From contig OX597818.1 in NCBI GenBank assembly GCA_951406725.2, forward strand, positions 55,366,001-55,430,000: a stretch of 64,000 nt of DNA, in the 5' to 3' direction. Source of the DNA: Octopus vulgaris (Eukaryota). Both the position numbers and the translations under genes were made by a program. Below, piece by piece: positions 27,622 to 38,624 of this stretch; within the stretch, counting starts at the first letter, position 1, and the number at the start of each line of letters is the position of its first letter. The notes beneath the pieces are model-generated. The model did not search any database and was not told the DNA's origin. It saw only the letters and a list, made by a program, of their open reading frames with translations.

Positions 27622-27664
27622 GCCTCTGATGAGAACTCAGTAAAGTTCGAAAATCGATTAAAGT
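27622..27664 (+). ncRNA. Minimal type I hammerhead ribozyme motif
   Basis: CTGATGA-gaact(cagtaa)agttc-GAAA-atcgat-TA; palindromic stem III; weak stem I. Confidence 0.65.
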
Positions 27665-27879
27665 TGTTCATCATATTTCCACCCTGCGGAGAAATAGCTA
27701 AAATTTGCCCTGTTTATAATTATAACATATGTTACATATAAATACAGCGTACATTTAAACACAAAAGAGGTATCCATCATAGGTCTACCTACACGCTAGA
27801 GGGAACAGCTAAGTTCCAAGTCACTATTAGGGATAAAATTTCAAATGGAATGAAAAATAAAAGCATTTACCATTTAACT

Positions 27880-27949
27880 CTTGGACCAATGGTTTCAGAC
27901 TTTTTTTAGCAAATAAAATAATTTGCTAGGCGAAGTCTTCTTCAGCAGG
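27880..27949 (-). ncRNA. Type I hammerhead ribozyme motif with an extended stem II
   Basis: Minus strand: cctg-CTGAAGA-agactt..tagcaaat..atttgcta..aagtct-GAAA-ccattg-GTC-caag. Confidence 0.7.
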
Positions 27950-28677
27950 TACATCTTAGATTAGATATGTATATATATGTTACATAGATAGATGGAGGAG
28001 ACAAAGAATTTTGTAGGCCACTACACTAGTTGGCCATGATCAATCACATATACAGTAATAATATCACAGACCTTTGTGGATGTAAGTTGTCTATGGAATA
28101 ATGTAATGTGTGTGTTAATGTATGCTTTGTCCTGTGAGAACATAAGATTCCAATACAATGGCTGTAATAAAGTTTTGACATAAACCAATAAGGGGGAGGG
28201 GAGTCAGTCCATGAAAGAAGGACAGATTAGATGATGTAGTTCTAAATACAGTAGCCTGATTATAAAGATGAGATCATTTGGGCCAGAATTTCATTGGTCT
28301 ACTTGATCAGAGCTGACCTGAGTCTAAACAACAACAACAATATTGTGTGTCTCTGTTCAGGTCAAGGTGACCTTGGTTTTGTTTCTGTCTGTTAGTCACT
28401 TATTATTAGTATTTACACATTTGATACCTAATTTGTGTAATTTTTCTCTGTTGTGTCTAATTTTACTTTCCATCCTTTATTTGCTCAACAAATAAATTTA
28501 GAATCATTTTCCTTGAAAAACACCCAACAAGCACAAAAGGATATTGAGTGAACATAATTTAGTCAGTAGAGGATTTAACTTATAATCTAGAGAAATATTT
28601 TTGCTGCTATGTCTGTAGAAAGTAATGACCTGAAGGATATAAGAGGGAAAAGACAAAAACGAAACAATACTGTCACA

Positions 28678-29075
28678 GGCGCAGGAGTGGCTGTGTGGTA
28701 AGTAGCTTGCTAACCAACCACATGGTTCCGGGTTCAGTCCCACTGCATGGCATCTTGGGCAAGTGTCTTCTGCTATAGCCCCAGGCCGACCAATGCCTTG
28801 TGAGTGGATTTGGTAGACAGAAACTGAAAGAAGCCCGTCGTATATATGTGTATATATATATGCGTGTGTGTGTGTCTGTGTTTGTCCCCCTAGCATTGCT
28901 TGACAACCGATGCTGGTGTGTTTACGTCCCCGTCACTTAGCGGTTCGACAAAAAAGACCGATAGAATAAGTACTGGGCTTTCAAAGAATAAGTCCCGGTG
29001 TTGATTTGCTCGACTAAAGGCGTTGCTCCAGCATGGCCGCAGTCAAATGACTGAAACAAGTAAAAGAGTAAAGGA
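28678..29075 (+). mobile_element. tRNA-derived SINE family A with an internal (TA/TG)n, representative copy
   Basis: Head ggcgcaggagtggctgtgtggtaag..ggttcagtccc. Copies at 4345-4690(-), 13778-14157, 15673-16042, 32580-32900(-) and 41915-42291(-). Confidence 0.8.
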
Positions 29076-29805
29076 GTAAAGAGTCTTTCACAGTAAAGAA
29101 CTGTAAGAGACACTGCTAAGTATTTTGTCCAATGCATTAATGATTCTATCAGCTCAACACTTGAGTATATAAACAGTTTGGCTGCATGTTTCTCTGGAGA
29201 CTGTCAGAATGATGTAGACCCCTCTGACGAGAACCCAATAAGGTTGAAACACAACATTAAAAATGATTTTTTTGTTTTTGCTTTGTTTTCTTTTTATGCT
29301 GAGCTCTTCAATACAAAAGCAGTGTATTTCAACAGAAATTTGGTGGAATTTGATAAAACAGCTACCTTAAGTTGTTTATATAAACTTACTGCATAAGATT
29401 ATATTTTTGTCTTGCAAGGTACTTAGCGACCCTGCTGATGCTGGTGCCACATAAAAGCACCTGGCACACTTTGTAAAGTTAGGAAGGACATCCAGCTGTA
29501 GAACCCATGCCAAAACTGACAATGGAACCTGATGTGGTTCCTGGCCTTGCCAGAATAAAAAATGGATGCTAAATGATGATGATATGTTTTAATTTACATA
29601 CAAACTCTTTAAAATGAGATATTTTATATTTTGGAATCAATCAATGGTAGCCTCAGGAATGTTGGTATCAATAGCATTTTAGGAAATGAATGTGTTTTTT
29701 TTTTTAGATATTTCTACAGAAAGTCTTTGGTAGAAATTTCACTTTTACATTTCTGATATTCAATGTAAAAGTCTAACATTTTAATGTTCTCTGTTGGTTG
29801 TGTAG

Positions 29806-30018
29806 GAACCTACCAGATGTCCGATTCTATTCAGACAATGGCAGAAATGAATGGTGAGGCTGTGATTCCAGTGAACCATTTGTATGAAGATAATTCTGAT
29901 TACCACAACCTGGAGAACATGCAGCAGCAACACGCCAACTTCTACGACCATCCTGAGTTCTACCCAATTCTTCAGGAAAACAAGTACCGACCAATTCCAA
30001 CGAAAAATATCTCACGAG
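29806..30018 (+). CDS. Ets1/2: Ets1/2 coding exon E (transactivation-type region)
   Basis: Acceptor tgtAG, donor GTATGT; 213 nt, phase 1-1, coding-like composition: GTYQMSDSIQTMAEM...YRPIPTKNISR. Confidence 0.8.
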
Positions 30019-32179
30019 GTATGTCCCATTTTTTCATTTTTGGAACACAGAATCAGTATTATTGATCACAATTCTGATGTTGATTTCTGTAAGGTGGTTG
30101 GTGTTAGGAAGGGCATCCAGCCATAGAAATTCTGCCAAAACTGACAGTGAAGCTTGGTGCAGTCTTCTGCCTAGCCAGCCCCTGTCAAAACAGTCCAACC
30201 CATGCCAACATGAAAACTGGACTTTAAATGGTAATATGATGATGATATCTGTGCCTCCAGGTCAGCCCCTAATCTGTCAAAATCATAGTCAAGGCTTCTT
30301 TTATTCGGATTAATCCTGTAAGCATCAGAAGGGCCCATATAAGATTTAACCCTTGTCATTTTTTCCATTTTAATTAGTAATTTTCATTTTTGGTTTTTAA
30401 AATCTTGTAACTTAACTCTTTAGTATTTAATCCATCCATGTCCAGCCCAAATATTCTACCTCTTTTATGCTCAATCCGGCCAGATCTGGCTTCTCCCACC
30501 AACCTTACAATTTCATTCTAAAAATTTACAGTTACCTCATCAAAATCTCAAAGCTACAAGATAATGCATGATTAATCCAAAGCATATATATATGCTTTAT
30601 ATATATATAAAGAGTCGCCATGATAGATTGGTTGCCACTACACACATTTTTTTTCTCTCCTTGTTGTTTTCTGTCCCTTTCTCTAGAAGAGCGTAGTACT
30701 GGGGGTTGATTCGTTCAACCAAAAACTCTTCGAGGTATTGCCCCAGCATGGCTGCAGTCTAATGACTGAAACGAGTAAAATAATATACACATGAACTTAG
30801 AGGGACTAGGGCCTCATGAGCCGACATGTATAAGGTTACATAATTCCCAGTCGTACCTAAGGATAGAAATGGTTTGAGTGCAAAAAAATATGTAAAACAA
30901 AGTAATGTAATTTGAAACATATTTTCTATTCTCGTTTACATTTCTCGTTTATTTTCATCTATTTTCGTGTACAACATGGGTGTGTGATTGTAAATATGTG
31001 CGTGGGTGGTATATATACATATATATATGCATGTATGTATGCTCGTTTCTTTTATAATTAGTAACATAATTAACACCCATATGAACATATATTGCTGGGT
31101 GTAAGCATATGTGTGGTTTGTGTAAAGATGTGTGTGTGTGTGTACATGATTAATTAGTCTCGTTAATTCTTAAAGTTATGAAAATAAAAAAAAAAGATTA
31201 TTTTGTAAGAATGTCTGTGTGATTGCACTGGTACTTATTTAATCGACCCCGAAAGGATGAAAGGTAAAGTCGACCTCGGTGGAATTTGAACTCAGAACAT
31301 AGCGGCAGACGAAATACTGCTAAGCATTTCACCCAGCGTGGTGCTAACACTTCTCCCAGCCCGGCTTCTTTCAGTTTCTAACTACCAATTCCACCCACAG
31401 GGCTATGATTGGTCTGGGGCCAAAATAAAAGACGTTTATCCAGGGTTCCACACTATGGGATTACACCCAAAACCCAGATTTGCTACTAGAATTAAAACTG
31501 TTTGTCCCTCCCCAGAACTTAACATCATAAGTACAACAACTTGTTAGATTAGATTTTCTGAGTCCAAATTCTGTGAACCTTGAACCTTGATGGAATTTGA
31601 AAGCAGAATATAAAATGTTGTGGGCACATGTGGCTGTGTGGTTAAGAAGCTTGCTTCTAAATCATTTGGTTTTGGGTTCTATGTCACTGCACAGCACCTT
31701 GGAAAAATGTCTACTGTAGCCCAGGGCCAGCCAAAGCCTTGAGTGTTGATGGAAACAGAAAGAAACCTGTAGTGTTTGTTTGTACATTAGTAAAGATAGC
31801 AGCACTTTACTGTTGATAACAGGCTACAGCAGAAGGCACATGCTCAGTGGCCCATGCCGTAGGATTGAACCCAAAACTCTGTGATTGAGATGCAATCTTC
31901 CTAACCATTCAACCATCCCTATGCTTTTTACAATGTTGGTGCTACATAAAAAATACCCAGTACACTCTGGAGTGGTTGGCATTAGGAAGGGCATCCACCA
32001 CAGAAACCAATCCAAAAGAGATGATTGAAGCTTGGTGTAGCTCTGATTTACCAGCTCTTGTCAAACCAATCCATCCATGCCATTATAGAAAAATGTATGT
32101 TAAATGATGATGATATATTGTCATGTATGACATCACGCCAGTAATGTATGTCTTGTTTTTTTTTTTTTTTTAATTACAG

Positions 32180-32449
32180 CTCAGTATATCCACGAGGTAA
32201 CAGGTGACAACTATTACGACCACCAACCATACCAGACGGTACCAAGTATCAAGTCAGAATGTGCCTGGTCCACTCAGGAATACGGTCAAGACATTAGCGC
32301 CCAAGAAAGTTGGTCAATGAATAATGAGATGCGTACTAATCTACATTCTGCGAGTTTCCGAAGTCTACAGACATCTCCGAGTGATAACACCAACACGGGT
32401 TCCGATGGAAAACCAGTTATCCAGGCAGCCGCTTTAGCTGGCTACTCAG
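32180..32449 (+). CDS. Ets1/2: Ets1/2 coding exon F (ends in the HI-2-like helix)
   Basis: Poly-T then tacAG, donor GTGTGT; 270 nt ending KPVIQAAALAGYS(G), compared with ETS1 KPVIPAAALAGYTG. Confidence 0.92.
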
Positions 32450-32735
32450 GTGTGTAGCTTGCTTCTGTTTTCTCCTCTCGTGTGTAAGATGCAAGGTTTC
32501 AAATTTTGGCACAAGGCCAGCAGTTTTTTTTTTTGGGGGGGGGGGGTAAGCTGATCACATTAACCTCAGTGCTTAGCTCTTTTACTCTTGTTTCTGTCAT
32601 TTTGACTGTGGCCATGCTGGAGCACCGCCTTTAGTCGAGCAAATCGACCCCAAGACTTATTCTTTGTAAGCCTAGTACTTATTCTATCGGTCCTTTTGCT
32701 GAACCGCTAAGTTACAGGGACGTAAACACACCAGC

Positions 32736-32807
<72 letters not shown>

Positions 32808-33539
32808 CGGGCTTCTTTCAGTTTCTGTCTACCAAATTCACTCACAAGGCTTTGGTTGGCTCAAGGCTATAGTAGAAGACTCTTGCCCCAGGTGCCACGG
32901 TATTTATTTTATCGGCTCTGGAAGGTAAAGTCAACCTCAGCATAATTTGAACTCAAAATGTAATGAGAGGTGAAAAGCCGCTAAACACTTCACCTGGTGT
33001 GCTAACGATTCTCTCAGCTTACATGTTGTAAGGCCAGCATTTTCGGGAAAAGGTATAAGTTGGTTACATTAACCCTCAGTATCTAACTGGTACTCATTTT
33101 ATCAACCCTGAAAGGGTGAAAGGTGAAGTCATCCTCAGTGTAATTTGAACCCTGGATGTGAAGATGGACAACATTCTGCTAAGCATTTTGCCTGACAATG
33201 CTAATAACTCTGCCAGCTAATTGCCATACCTGTAATTATGAAACTTTAATCCTTGTTATACTGATTAAATTTTTGCATACTAATTTGCAAATCTGTGGAG
33301 GCACATGGCCTAGTGGTTAGAGCAGAGGACTCGCAGTCGAGGGATTGCGGGTTCAAATCTCAGACCAGGCGATGTGTATGTTTATGAGCAAAAATACCTA
33401 AGCTCCACGTGGCTCCGGCAGAAGGTAATGGCGAATTGAACTCATAATCTTGGCGTTAGTAGCTTGTGCTCTTAACCACTACGCCATATACCTGTGGGCA
33501 ATTATGGAGTGAATTTATGGCTTATAAATCTAATATTTT

Positions 33540-33815
33540 TTTATTCTTTCTTAATACCGGTTCTCATATGCTACTCATATCTGCACTCGGTCTGCTTATG
33601 AGGTTGTTGTGTCCTAGCATATGTGCTGCTTCTTTTAGATATCATATTTTCCAGTGGTGTTCTATTATTTTAACTTCATCCCACGGGAGGAGGTGGTCTC
33701 CATTTTCCCATTCACGATCAGCTATACCCGATTTATCAATATCTCCTCATGTCACAGCTTTGCAATGTTCGTCTACCCTTATTTTGAGTGAGGCAGCATG
33801 TTTCCCCTAATATCC
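33540..33815 (-). mobile_element. Degenerate Penelope-like GIY-YIG fragment in the last Ets intron
   Basis: Minus strand reads Y*GET..SLKIRVDEHCKAV..DKSGIAD..W..VKII..LKEAAH, with stops and a frameshift. Confidence 0.75.
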
Positions 33816-33893
33816 GTCAAATGTAAATAATGTACATAATTCCTCGTCTCTTAAATATAGAACTACATTGCTATCATATCTTCTCTTTTGCAG

Positions 33894-34237
33894 GGAGTGG
33901 CCCAATCCAGCTTTGGCAGTTCCTTCTTGAATTGCTCACAGATAAATCTTGCCAGCATTTTATTAGTTGGACTGGTGATGGCTGGGAATTCAAATTGTCT
34001 GACCCGGATGAGGTAGCACGAAGATGGGGTGTCCGCAAAAATAAACCCAAAATGAACTATGAAAAACTTAGCCGTGGTCTGCGGTATTATTACGATAAGA
34101 ACATTATCCACAAGACGGCAGGCAAGCGCTATGTTTACCGTTTTGTCTGTGACCTTCAAGGATTGCTTGGTTATTCCCCGGAGGAGCTTTTTGAAGCTTG
34201 CGATATCAAACCACAGAAGGACAAAGATGACGAGTAA
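33894..34237 (+). CDS. Ets1/2: Ets1/2 terminal coding exon (ETS DNA-binding domain)
   Basis: [46 protein letters not shown]...[30 protein letters not shown] is near-identical to ETS1/ETS2/pointed. Acceptor ttttgcAG, TAA stop. Confidence 0.98.
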
Positions 34238-34770
34238 AAAGCATCGGTTAGGATTACAAATGTTGCGATTGTGAAGAATTTAACAAAAAAAAAAAAATTA
34301 TAAGTAAAAAAAAAAAAAAAGGAGAGAAAAGACTACATTTTTGGAAAATTCTTTGGAAGGATTCTGTGAAGAAAGAATTTTGATTGGAAGGATTGATGCT
34401 CAGTTTTTTTATTTCATTTAAAAAAAAAAAAATTTCCTTTATTTCTTTAAATCTTTTGAGCATATGGAACAAAGATAAAAATTGACCATGTTCTGTTGGT
34501 TTACATGAAGGCTTAATGGAGGTTGAGGAGAAATGCATATATGCCAAAACGGTACAATAGAATATGTACGTGTGTGTATGTTAAGAAATGTGTGTGTGTG
34601 TGTGTGTATTTCAGGGGTGACATGTTCAAAAGAAACCCTGTCTGGTTGCTTAGAAAAAAGGTCTCAAAGATAAGTTGGGAGTCAATAAGATATCCAATAC
34701 CGAGCATTAGCCTGACAAAATGTGTTTTGTTAGACTAACGTTTACAGATTTAAATATTACACACACACAC

Positions 34771-34806
<36 letters not shown>

Positions 34807-35830
34807 CATGTGTGCTCTCATTCTTCGATTAGGTGATTGCAATGTCCACAATATATACACACATATTTGCACACATGTATCTATACATATACACACACTT
34901 ATTACATATTGGTATATTTGTGCATTGGCATATAAAGCATCTACGGTTGCTGTAGCATGGCCTGTCCCATTTGTTAATTGGCCAGCTTACAGATATTTCC
35001 CTCCTTTTCTCATTACTGCCATTCTTTGAAAAACAAGCCTTGGTTGTCACTTTGACGTATCTTAACCAATGCCTTTGTGCCTGATGTCTTGTTGCCATGG
35101 TGATAAGGAGTCTAGAAACTAACTTAAAAATTGCCCACATCACTTTGTCTTTTTTTTTTCGTTTTTTTTTTTTTTTTTTACCCCTTCCCTCAAACTCTGA
35201 GAGTTGGTCCAAGTGATTGGGACAAACTAAAAATGTGCAAAAGATTTTTTTTTTTTTTTAAAAATGAATTGACGATTGGATGGTGACATTTTGTTGATTT
35301 GTTTTTTTTTTTTATTTTTCTAAATTTTTGTATTTTTTGTTTACTAAAGTTAAAAAAAAAAAATTTTTTTGTAAAAAACAAAAAAGAGAGCAATATAATG
35401 AAACTTGTGTGTGTATATGTTTCATGCCCTGTGTATGTGTGTGTGTATATATGTGTAAATATACATACATCTGTATATGGGAACACATTCATGTATACAC
35501 GCACACACATACACCTTTGTAATTATATGTTTTAACGACTGGTTATCTCTTAAACTTTATTGGCGACATAATTAGCCAGATTGTTTAAGATGTGTATATG
35601 TGTGTACTTACGTATGTATATACGTACGCATGTGTGTGTGTGTTGTGTATGTGTGTGAGTGCATATGTATCAATTTTGGTTTATACCTTATGCACACCTG
35701 TACACCATTCGTTAACTGTCTCACCTGAGATAAAATTATACATATTGTATAGTAGGGCATCCCTCTCTCTCTGAACTTTTTTTAATTAAAATAATTTCTA
35801 TATTTTGTTTTTATTTTGTTTTGTTTTTTT
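34238..35830 (+). other. Probable Ets1/2 3' UTR with a candidate ATTAAA poly(A) signal at 35785-35790
   Basis: SINE-free A/U-rich stretch after the stop. ATTAAA is followed by a U/GU-rich tract. The 3' end is inferred. Confidence 0.45.
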
Positions 35831-35919
35831 ATCTCTTTTGTTTTCTTTGATTCTTCGTCATCTCCATTTTCTGAAGTGTTTGGCATTATTTGCTTTATGC
35901 ATATTGAATATTTTGGTGT

Positions 35920-36818
35920 ATGTAGCACGTAAAAAGCACCACCCGAACATGGCCGATGCTAGTGCCCGACGACTGGCTCCTGTTCTGGTGGAACATAAAA
36001 AGTACCATCCAAACGTGATCAATCCCAGGTCCGCCAAACTGACTCCCATGCCAGTGGCACATAAGAACTACTATCCAAATATGGCCAATGCCAGGGCTGC
36101 CTGACTGGCCCCTGTGCTGGTCGCACGTAAAAAGCACCATCCAAACATGGCCAATGCTAGTGCCCGACGACTGGCTCCTGTTCTGGTGGAACATAAAAAG
36201 TACCATCCAAACGTGATCAATGCCAGGGCTGCCAAACTGGCTCCCATGCAAGTGGCATGTAAAAAGCCTTATCCGAACGTGGCCAATGGCAAAGCCACCT
36301 GACTGGCCCTTGTGCTGGTGGCACATAAAAAGCACCATCCAAATTTGGCCAATGCTAGTGCCCAACGACTGACTCCTGTGGCATGTAAAAAGTTCCATCC
36401 AAATTTGATCAATGCCAGGGCCACCAAACTGGTTCCCCATGCCAGTGGAATGTAAAAAGCACTATCTGAACATGGCCAATGCCAAGGTCCCCTGACTGGC
36501 TCCTGTGCTGGTGGCATGTAAAAAGTACCATCCGAACATGGCTGATGCCAGGGCCACCTGACTGGCTCCTGTGCCGGTGGCACATGAAAAGCATCATCAG
36601 AATGTGTCTGATGCCAAGATCCCCTGACTGGCTCCTGTGCCAGTGGCATGTAAAAAGCACCCACTACACTCTTGGGGTGGTTGGAGTTAGGAAGGGCATC
36701 CAGCTGTAGAAACCTTGCCAAATCAGATTGGATACCAGTGCAGCCTCCTGGCTTGCCAGTCCTCAGTCAAACCATCCAACCCATGCCAGCATGGAAAAAC
36801 ATTAAATGATGATGATGA
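35920..36818 (+). mobile_element. RTE 3'-UTR-type element with an expanded ~60-bp tandem array
   Basis: About a dozen tggcacrtaaaaagcaccatcc units, then the shared tail ending (gat)n. Other copies at about 520-820(-), 14361-14524, 22093-22350, 26666-26960(-) and 41040-41488. Confidence 0.75.
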
Positions 36819-38513
36819 CACACACACACCTCAGTATTAATATCATTTCTGTCACTCTTATATCATTATCATTTAATGTACACTCTCCATGCTGGCCTGG
36901 GATGGATGGTTTGACTGGAGTTGATTAAATTCTTTGAGGAAATCTTTTATGGCTAGATGCTCTTCCTGTCCCCAACTCTTACCTGTTTCCATGCAACATA
37001 ATATTTTGTTTTGGGCAGGCATGTTCCTCACAGAAGACTGGTAACAAACACTATCACTTGTATGACATTTATACTCATTTGATGTCGAGGTACATACACA
37101 ACATGCTTCTTTCAGTTTCCATCTATGAAATCAACTCGCAAGGGGCTGTGCAGTGGGACTGAATCTAGATCCACATGGTTGGGAAGCAATCAAAACCACA
37201 ATCTCCTAATCATGAGGGCAACTCACCTAACCACCAGGCCATATAATGTATATTATATAAAGAGTAGACTAATAAACAGGCCAGTAGTTGGCAAATTCAG
37301 AAAAGTTACCTCATAGCTTAATTCCTCTATAAATAAACAGGCTTCACTCATCCCTAAATATTGCCTTAAACCTCCCCTGACTATATTTCTAATGGGAGTA
37401 TACTATCTATGGTTGTTGATAAATTTCAGTTTAAACAAGAAGTTGGAGTGGTTAGTAGTAAAATGTTCAAGTCTAACCAATGCTAGCATGGTAAAAGAAA
37501 TGTCAAAAACTAACAAGCATTATTGGAATCTTTGTTTTACATGAGAATATTCTCCTTATTGCCAACAATTATCTGATTTTCAAGTACAAGATCTCTTGTT
37601 CCATACGTCTTACAAGTCTCAAAGCCAGCAGATAATTTGTTAACTAGAAAGCAACATCACTTGCAGCTTAGAAACTTTCTGAGAGGTACAAATTTGTAAA
37701 CAGACACGCATGTATATAAACACATTTGTCAATTAAATTTAACCATTTCTGAAGCGTAATAGAGTGACCTTCATCTTGTTTAACAATTCACTTGTTAGAA
37801 AGACGAAAAACTATTTTAAGTACCAACACTTCAGAATAGGTTGTTTTTTATGTCAAAGAATTAGTAGTGGTCTTAATTGAGTTAGGTTTTGTTACCAACT
37901 GTCTCTAAGACCACCACTGTTTCTGTGGTTGCGCTATTTCATAATTTTTTTTTTTTCACTGTGTTTACAAAAACTTCACATTTTGCTCTCCATATTGAGT
38001 GAGACCAGGTGTTTGGCTGTGCATACAATATCTAGTGACTGCATCGACCACACCTACTTCATGGTTAAATGATTACTGTTAGCAAAAGCAATTTAGCTAG
38101 GTTAGGAGAGATGCAATTATCTAAATTTGCTAAAATAACTAATTAAAATGAAACCAGACATTCTCTCTCTCTCTCTCTGGCAGCTAGCACTGAATGAATT
38201 AACACCTCCTTAGCCACTGTCTGTGTGTTGCAATTAATTTTGAAAATAATCAAGAATTTAGTGAGAATTTTGTTGGTTAACGGTGAGCCAAGGCATGGCT
38301 GTTCATTGTGGAACCATGTGGGTACGGTTTCAATTCTGTTGCTTGGACACTGCTGTTGTCTAGCACTATAGTCGCGTATTGAACAATATCTTGTGAGTAA
38401 AATTAGTGGACAGAAACTGAAGAAGCTTATTTATAAATGAGGATAAAACTTTGTTTCATCAGCTGCCAGCATATAAAATGAAAGTGATTAAGGTGAAAAA
38501 ATTATATGTATAA

Positions 38514-38624
38514 TTATAATAAGGGTTTAGAAAGAAAATTTTCTAGTCTATATGCTGAAAAATAGACAGTGTCTATTTCTCGGCATATAGACTAGAAAAT
38601 TTTATTACTAAACCCTTATTATAA
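38514..38624. repeat. 111-bp near-perfect palindrome (mini fold-back)
   Basis: ttataataagggtttag..aatagacaGtgtctatt..ctaaacccttattataa. Confidence 0.85.

Noticed and set aside
35440-35465. Pumilio elements (TGTANATA) in the 3' UTR
   Set aside because: They are embedded in a TG/TA microsatellite, where such matches are expected by chance.
37569-37645. Minus-strand terminal exon LTNYLLALRLVRRMEQEILYLKIR*
   Set aside because: Short, with no recognisable homology and no partner exons found.
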